Positions 59,154-64,000 of a stretch of DNA of 64,000 nucleotides are shown here, one piece after another. The first letter of the stretch is position 1. Each line of letters opens with the position of its first letter. Location: NCBI GenBank assembly GCA_045658645.1, contig JAZOVJ010000054.1, forward strand, positions 7,805-71,804, written 5' to 3'. Made by a program: the position numbers and the translations under genes. The DNA comes from Clostridia bacterium. GTDB taxonomy: Bacteria; Bacillota; Clostridia; UBA1381. Under the pieces are notes generated by a model. The model searched no databases. It worked only from the letters and a program-made list of their open reading frames with translations, and was not told the origin of the DNA.

Positions 59154-60767
59154 TTATATCATTCTGAAATGCTCAAAAGCATCTTTAATTGCATCCACTT
59201 TATGCTTGGGACAATTAGGTTGTTTATAATCCTCGGATGGTTTATTATAATTTTCTCTTTCTGTTATCCCACATTCTTGTTTTACCTGTGCGATATTTAA
59301 GGATGAAACTTTAAAACCGTATTTATTCAAAACATGTTCTTTTACTTGGTTATATGTTGCCCTGGCTTTTGGTGCAGTTACTTCAAGTTCATCCAAATCA
59401 AGTTCAACTGTTATAGAGTCACTTTCTTTCAGTTTGGTCAAAAGAGCAACAGTCTCAACATGAACAGTATGCGGGAACATATCGACTGCCGTTACTGCTT
59501 TTGCAGCGTAACCATTTTCTGTCAAAAATCTCGCATCACGGGCAAGAGTTGCAGGGTTACAGGACACATACACAATCCTTTCAGGCTTTGCGGAAACGAT
59601 TGCAGAAAGCGTTTTTTCGTCACTGCCCTTTCTCGGAGGGTCAAGGATAACGATGTCGGGGGATATATTGTCTCTTAAAAGTTCAGGCACAATATCCTCT
59701 GCAGCCGAGCAATAGAACTTTGAATTTTCAATGCCGTTTCGTTTGGCATTTTCTTTGGCGTTCTCAATTGCCTCGGGTACTATTTCCACACCGATAACCG
59801 CTTTGGCGGTTTTTGCGGCAGTAAGTGAAATCGTACCAATTCCGCAGTAAATATCCAAGACGGTATCATCTTTTTTAATATCCGCAAACTCGATTGCCTT
59901 TCCGTAAAGTTTTTCGGTCTGCTGTGGGTTTACCTGAAAGAAACTATGCGGGGAAATCTCGTAGGAAAGACCGCAAAGTGTGGCAGATAACACATCTTTT
60001 CCCCATAAAGTCACATTTTTATCTCCAAGCACAAGATTTGTACGTTTTTTGTTTATATTAAGAATAATGCTTGAAATTTTCGGTGAAACAGCGGTGATGC
60101 TCTCAATCAGTTCTTCGCTTTTCGGGATGCTGCCTGCATTTGCCGAAATCACAACCATAGCCTCATTCTCTGTGGTACGAAGAAAAGCTCTGCGCATAAT
60201 CCCTTTGTGTTCTGCCTCATCATACACCGAAATGTTGTACTTTTTTATATGAGCCGAGATAGCGTTCATAATCTCGGTTGTTAAGCTGTCGCCTAAAAGG
60301 CAATCGGAAAGCGGGATAACATCGTGGCTTCTTTGTCTGTAAAAGCCCCAGCTGCCGTCAGGCGCGAAAGGGAACACCATTTTGTTTCGGTAACGTGATG
60401 GTTGCTCCATGCCGATAATATCAGGCTCCAAATCAATTTTGCCAAGACGTAAAAGAGCGTCACGGACGATGTTCTTTTTGAACTCAAGCTGGGTGCTGTA
60501 ATCAACTGTCATAAGCTGACAGCCACCGCACTTTGCAAAATGCCTGCAAGGCGGCTCTGTTCGAAGCGGTGACGGGGTAATAACCTCCACTGCTTTGGCA
60601 TAGCCATAGTTCTTATTTGTCTTTAAAACCAAAAGCGTAACCTCATCGCCGGTTACTGTTTGCGGTACAAAAAGAGTGTATCCGTCAATTCTGGCGATGC
60701 CGTTGCCGTCAGAGGATAGAGTTTCAATTATTGCTTTATATTTATGATTTTTCTTTACGGGAATAAT
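59154..60767 (-). CDS. 23S rRNA (uracil-C5)-methyltransferase, RumA/RlmD/RlmCD family (TRAM domain, 4Fe-4S Cys cluster, SAM methyltransferase, ~90-aa C-terminal extension); start codon unresolved
   Basis: FAKCGGCQL cluster, DPPRKG, and VSCNPATLARD. The ORF-track start (TTG 60632) truncates the TRAM domain, which continues in frame upstream (KKNHKYKAIIETLSSDGNGIARIDGYTLFVPQTVTGDEVTL). No ATG, GTG or TTG is available there, so the 5' end given (ATT 60767) is a guess. Confidence 0.8.
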   Translation of the reverse strand: MIPVKKNHKYKAIIETLSSDGNGIARIDGYTLFVPQTVTGDEVTLLVLKTNKNYGYAKAVEVITPSPLRTEPPCRHFAKCGGCQLMTVDYSTQLEFKKNIVRDALLRLGKIDLEPDIIGMEQPSRYRNKMVFPFAPDGSWGFYRQRSHDVIPLSDCLLGDSLTTEIMNAISAHIKKYNISVYDEAEHKGIMRRAFLRTTENEAMVVISANAGSIPKSEELIESITAVSPKISSIILNINKKRTNLVLGDKNVTLWGKDVLSATLCGLSYEISPHSFFQVNPQQTEKLYGKAIEFADIKKDDTVLDIYCGIGTISLTAAKTAKAVIGVEIVPEAIENAKENAKRNGIENSKFYCSAAEDIVPELLRDNISPDIVILDPPRKGSDEKTLSAIVSAKPERIVYVSCNPATLARDARFLTENGYAAKAVTAVDMFPHTVHVETVALLTKLKESDSITVELDLDELEVTAPKARATYNQVKEHVLNKYGFKVSSLNIAQVKQECGITERENYNKPSEDYKQPNCPKHKVDAIKDAFEHFRMI

Positions 60768-60876
60768 AAAAATCAGTCCTTTTCTGTTTGGGCAAAACCG
60801 CCCTATTATGCAAATATTATACTATTTTTCAGTTTTTTTTGCAATAGATGTTAACAATTTATTTACAAAATTACCC

Positions 60877-60904
60877 TTGACAAAGAAAAAAAGAGTGGTA
60901 TAAT
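60877..60904 (+). promoter_or_regulatory. SigmaA promoter of the ctsR-mcsA-mcsB-clpC operon (extended -10)
   Basis: TTGACA (60877-60882), a 16-nt spacer, then TGgTATAAT (60896-60904). Confidence 0.75.
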
Positions 60905-60915
60905 GAAGTTGTAAA

Positions 60916-60932
60916 GGTCAAAGAAAGTCAAA
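60916..60932 (+). promoter_or_regulatory. CtsR operator (tandem heptad)
   Basis: GGTCAAA-GAA-AGTCAAA matches the CtsR box consensus (A/G)GTCAAA-NAN-(A/G)GTCAAA. It starts 12 nt downstream of the -10 element. Confidence 0.85.
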
Positions 60933-60954
60933 GTTAAAGTTAAGGAGAAAAAGT

Positions 60955-61389
60955 ATGGGTATCAGTGACAGAATAGAATCCTTTATTATAGAGCTTATGA
61001 GAGATGAGGCGGAGTATGCAGAGTTCGGGAGAAACGAGCTTGCGGAGATTTTCGGTTGTGTTCCGTCACAGATTAATTATGTTATTTCAACACGATTCAA
61101 TCCTGAAAAAGGGTATACCGTTGAATCTCAAAGAGGTGGCGGAGGATACATTAAAATTAAGCGAATATCAGTCAACAAGGCAGAGGATGCGGTTGCACTT
61201 GTGGGGAAGTCCTGTAATTTCAGGGAAGCAAAAACCATTATTAAATACCTTTTTGATAAGGGTGATATATCTTTGGAAACGGCAAAGGTGTTGACTGCGG
61301 CGGTTTCTGACAATGCCATCGCAATCCCCAATCCGCATCGGGATATAGTGAGGGCAAACATATTGAAGAATGCACTTTGTGAATTATAA
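60955..61389 (+). CDS. ctsR: Class III stress gene repressor CtsR
   Basis: 144 aa. ISDRIESFIIELM, FGCVPSQINYVISTRF, and the glycine-rich loop ESQRGGGGYIKI. Confidence 0.95.
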   Translation: MGISDRIESFIIELMRDEAEYAEFGRNELAEIFGCVPSQINYVISTRFNPEKGYTVESQRGGGGYIKIKRISVNKAEDAVALVGKSCNFREAKTIIKYLFDKGDISLETAKVLTAAVSDNAIAIPNPHRDIVRANILKNALCEL

Positions 61390-61401
61390 GGAGATGATGT
61401 T

Positions 61402-61749
61402 ATGTACGATTTATTTGCAGATTTTTTCAACAGTTTTGATGTAGTGCCGGTTTATCGTGAAGACAGAAGATGTGAAAACTGCGGCAGAACATATTATGAA
61501 TTTCAAAAAAGCGGACGCCTTGGTTGCAGTGAGTGTTATAAGGCATTTGAACCGCAGGTAAAACAGGCGCTTTATAAGATGCAAAAGGGAACAGAGCATA
61601 AGGGCAAAATCCCGTCAAAGTCATCTGCCCAAATCCTTAAAAAACGCAAGCTTGCTGACTTAAAGAGTCAGCTTTCAAAGGCGGTTGATGCAGAGGACTA
61701 TGAAAAAGCAGCTAAACTTCATAAGGAAATAAAGGGATTGGAGGGTTAA
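61402..61749 (+). CDS. mcsA: McsA (UvrB/C-motif, zinc-finger activator of McsB)
   Basis: CENCG...GRLGCSECY zinc-finger pairs and a C-terminal UVR motif, EDYEKAAKLHKEIKGLE. Confidence 0.85.
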   Translation: MYDLFADFFNSFDVVPVYREDRRCENCGRTYYEFQKSGRLGCSECYKAFEPQVKQALYKMQKGTEHKGKIPSKSSAQILKKRKLADLKSQLSKAVDAEDYEKAAKLHKEIKGLEG

Positions 61750-61752
61750 GCT

Positions 61753-62754
61753 ATGATTTGGTATAAGGAAAAAAATGATAATGACATTATAGTAAGCACA
61801 AGAGTGCGACTTGCCAGAAATATTGATAAGTACCCTTTCCCGAACAGTCTGAACGATGAGGGCTGCCAAAAGGTTTTAGAAGAGGTAAAGAGTGCGGTGT
61901 TGAATTCAGGTTCAACTCTTGCTAATAGCTTTACTTTTAAGGCTATTAAAGACCTTTCGGCAGAGGAAAAACAGGCACTTTCTGAAAAGCACCTGATAAG
62001 CGTTGAAATGACAAAGGGTAAAAGAGGCGGAGTTCTAATCAGCGAAGATGAGAATATGAGCATAATGATGCTTGAAGAGGACCATTTAAGGCTGCAGATA
62101 ATACTTGGCGGTTTCAAATTAAAGGAAGCCTGGGAGCTTGCGGATAAGGTTGATAACGTGATTGAAGAAAACGTAAATTACGCATTTTCTGAGGAGTTTG
62201 GCTACCTTACAGCCTGCCCGACCAATACGGGAACAGGAATGCGTGCATCAGTTATGATGCATCTTCCGGCACTCACCGTTACAAATAACATAAACAGAAT
62301 TATATCCTCTGCATCTGCATTGGGATTAACAGTCCGAGGACTTTACGGAGAGGGTTCGAAGGCATACGGAAATCTTTATCAGGTTTCAAATCAGGTGACC
62401 CTTGGAATAAGCGAAGAGGAAATTATAACAAGCCTTGAAAATATAGTAAAACAAATTGAAAAGCACGAGCGGGATGCACGGGAGAAACTAAAAGGGAATG
62501 AAGAATTTGCCGATAAGCTATGGCGTTCTTTGGGAACACTCAAGTATGCGAGAATTGTTTCATCTGCCGAAGCAAAAGCTCTTATTTCGGAGGTAATTCT
62601 GGGTAAAAATATGGGTATAATAGATATTGAAGAAAAAACACCTCTTATCTCGCTTATGGTGGAAACCGAGCCGGCGCTTATAATGAACGGCGAGAACTTG
62701 ACACCTGACGAGCGTGACAGGAAGAGAGGAGAACTTTTAAGAGAAAATATATAA
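61753..62754 (+). CDS. mcsB: Protein arginine kinase McsB
   Basis: Phosphagen-kinase fold with the [12 protein letters not shown] motif and LRLQ. Length is 333 aa. Confidence 0.9.
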   Translation: MIWYKEKNDNDIIVSTRVRLARNIDKYPFPNSLNDEGCQKVLEEVKSAVLNSGSTLANSFTFKAIKDLSAEEKQALSEKHLISVEMTKGKRGGVLISEDENMSIMMLEEDHLRLQIILGGFKLKEAWELADKVDNVIEENVNYAFSEEFGYLTACPTNTGTGMRASVMMHLPALTVTNNINRIISSASALGLTVRGLYGEGSKAYGNLYQVSNQVTLGISEEEIITSLENIVKQIEKHERDAREKLKGNEEFADKLWRSLGTLKYARIVSSAEAKALISEVILGKNMGIIDIEEKTPLISLMVETEPALIMNGENLTPDERDRKRGELLRENI

Positions 62755-62768
62755 AGGAGGAACTTATT

Positions 62769-64000
62769 ATGTTTTCTAATTTTACTGAAAAAGCAAGAAT
62801 TGCAATAAATAAAGCTCACGATGCAGCTTGCAGTATGGGTCACGGATATATCGGCTCGGAGCATCTGCTTTTGGGCATAATTGACGAGGGGACGGGCGTT
62901 GGCGCAAAAATTCTTGAGAACGCAGGCGTTAAAAAAGAGATGCTTTACGATCGTATAAAAGAGCTTATGGGTCAGAATATGCCACTTCCAAATAACGCCG
63001 AACTGGCGCTTACACCAAGAAGTAAGCGGATTTTGGAACTTGCGGCTATGGAAGCACGCAGTATGGGTCATAACTATATCGGAACAGAGCATATTTTAAT
63101 CGGTATAATAAAAGACGGTGACGGAGTTGGAGCAAATGTTCTTGCCCAGAGCGGCGTTGATTTTAATAACATATATAACGATATTGTGGCATCGACCGAG
63201 CCGGGATTTTCAGGAACTTCAAAGACACAACCCAAGCGAAAGGGGAATGAGAAAACGCCTACCCTTGACCAGTTTGGCAGAGACCTTACAAAAATGGCAA
63301 AAGAGGGCAGATTTGACCCTGTAATAGGCAGAGATGAAGAAATTGCGAGGGTTATTCAGATTTTATCAAGACGTACTAAAAATAACCCTTGCCTGATTGG
63401 TGAACCGGGCGTTGGTAAAACAGCGGTGGCAGAGGGCCTTGCACAGAAAATTGCAGCGGGTGACGTCCCTGAACTCTTAAAGGATAAGCGCCTTGTCACA
63501 ATGGATTTATCATCAATGGTTGCCGGAGCAAAGTATCGCGGTGAGTTTGAGGACCGTATGAAAAAGGCTATTGAGGAAGTTACGGCATCGGGGAACATAA
63601 TTCTGTTCATTGACGAAATTCATACAATCGTTGGCGCAGGCTCGGCAGAGGGCGCAATTGATGCATCAAACATCTTAAAACCGTCACTGGCACGTGGTGA
63701 AGTTCAGTTAATCGGTGCTACGACCTTAAACGAATACAGAAAATACATTGAAAAGGACGCAGCGTTGGAAAGACGTTTTCAGCCTGTCACAGTAGGCGAG
63801 CCGACAGTTGAGGAAACTATCGAAATCCTGAAAGGTCTTCGAGACAAATACGAGGCGCACCACAGCGTGAAAATTGACGACAGTGCAATTATTTCGGCGG
63901 CAAAGCTTTCGGAGCGGTATATAACCGACAGATTTTTGCCTGATAAAGCGATTGACTTAATGGACGAGGCGGCGAGTAAGAAAAGACTTTCGGCGCTTAC
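62769..64000 (+). CDS. clpC: ATP-dependent Clp protease ATP-binding subunit ClpC (N-terminal ~410 aa; runs off the window)
   Basis: Not in the ORF track because there is no stop in the window. ATG 62769 follows AAAGGAGG. Translation gives [38 protein letters not shown] (Clp_N repeat), then [15 protein letters not shown] Walker A and FIDEIHT Walker B. Confidence 0.95.
   Translation, partial: MFSNFTEKARIAINKAHDAACSMGHGYIGSEHLLLGIIDEGTGVGAKILENAGVKKEMLYDRIKELMGQNMPLPNNAELALTPRSKRILELAAMEARSMGHNYIGTEHILIGIIKDGDGVGANVLAQSGVDFNNIYNDIVASTEPGFSGTSKTQPKRKGNEKTPTLDQFGRDLTKMAKEGRFDPVIGRDEEIARVIQILSRRTKNNPCLIGEPGVGKTAVAEGLAQKIAAGDVPELLKDKRLVTMDLSSMVAGAKYRGEFEDRMKKAIEEVTASGNIILFIDEIHTIVGAGSAEGAIDASNILKPSLARGEVQLIGATTLNEYRKYIEKDAALERRFQPVTVGEPTVEETIEILKGLRDKYEAHHSVKIDDSAIISAAKLSERYITDRFLPDKAIDLMDEAASKKRLSAL

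Noticed and set aside
60768-60876. A structured leader (23S-methyl-type motif) upstream of the rRNA methyltransferase gene.
   Set aside because: The stretch is about 100 nt and AT-rich, with no convincing paired elements visible by eye. It cannot be supported without a covariance-model search.

Overview
The window reads as a chromosomal segment from a low-GC, spore-forming Firmicute of class Clostridia. This is an inference from gene content: spoIVB, yabP/yabQ/divIC, SpoVD/SpoVE-like genes, a CtsR-McsAB-ClpC operon, and cohesin/dockerin modules typical of Ruminococcus-type cellulosome or amylosome organisms. About 85% is ordinary, tightly packed housekeeping DNA:
- guaB (partial), lgt and tex.
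- A dcw cell-wall cluster, mraZ-rsmH-ftsL-pbp-murE-murF-mraY-ftsW-murG, with no murD.
- rsfS-leuS.
- The glycogen operon glgB-glgC-glgD.
- rny-ymdB, asnA, and the der-plsY-gpsA-mntP block.
- pcrA, spoIVB and hup.
- The yabO-yabP-yabQ-divIC-yabR block.
- pncB, tsaC-ywlE-rimI-tsaD and lepA.
- A RumA-type rRNA methyltransferase.
- ctsR-mcsA-mcsB-clpC (partial).

The one clearly accessory stretch is about 48.9-59.1 kb on the minus strand. It holds two adjacent genes for giant secreted proteins:
- The 1324-aa protein has an unassignable helical N-terminal domain followed by a long beta-helix-like repeat region.
- The 1360-aa protein reads GLUG-like repeats, 5 Big_2 domains, cohesin, dockerin, cohesin, then a C-terminal beta-domain.

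These are followed by an unusual 210-bp non-coding 'heptamer + hairpin ladder' at 50616-50824, then a small four-helix-bundle (Avd / 23S-IVS-protein family) gene, a TraX-family membrane protein and a flavodoxin-like protein. That ladder, the orphan Avd-like gene and the giant-protein pair are the best candidates for something undescribed.

No rRNA, tRNA, CRISPR array, transposase, integrase or reverse transcriptase was recognised. All calls rest on reading the ORF translations and the sequence by eye. No database search, covariance model or composition statistic was run.
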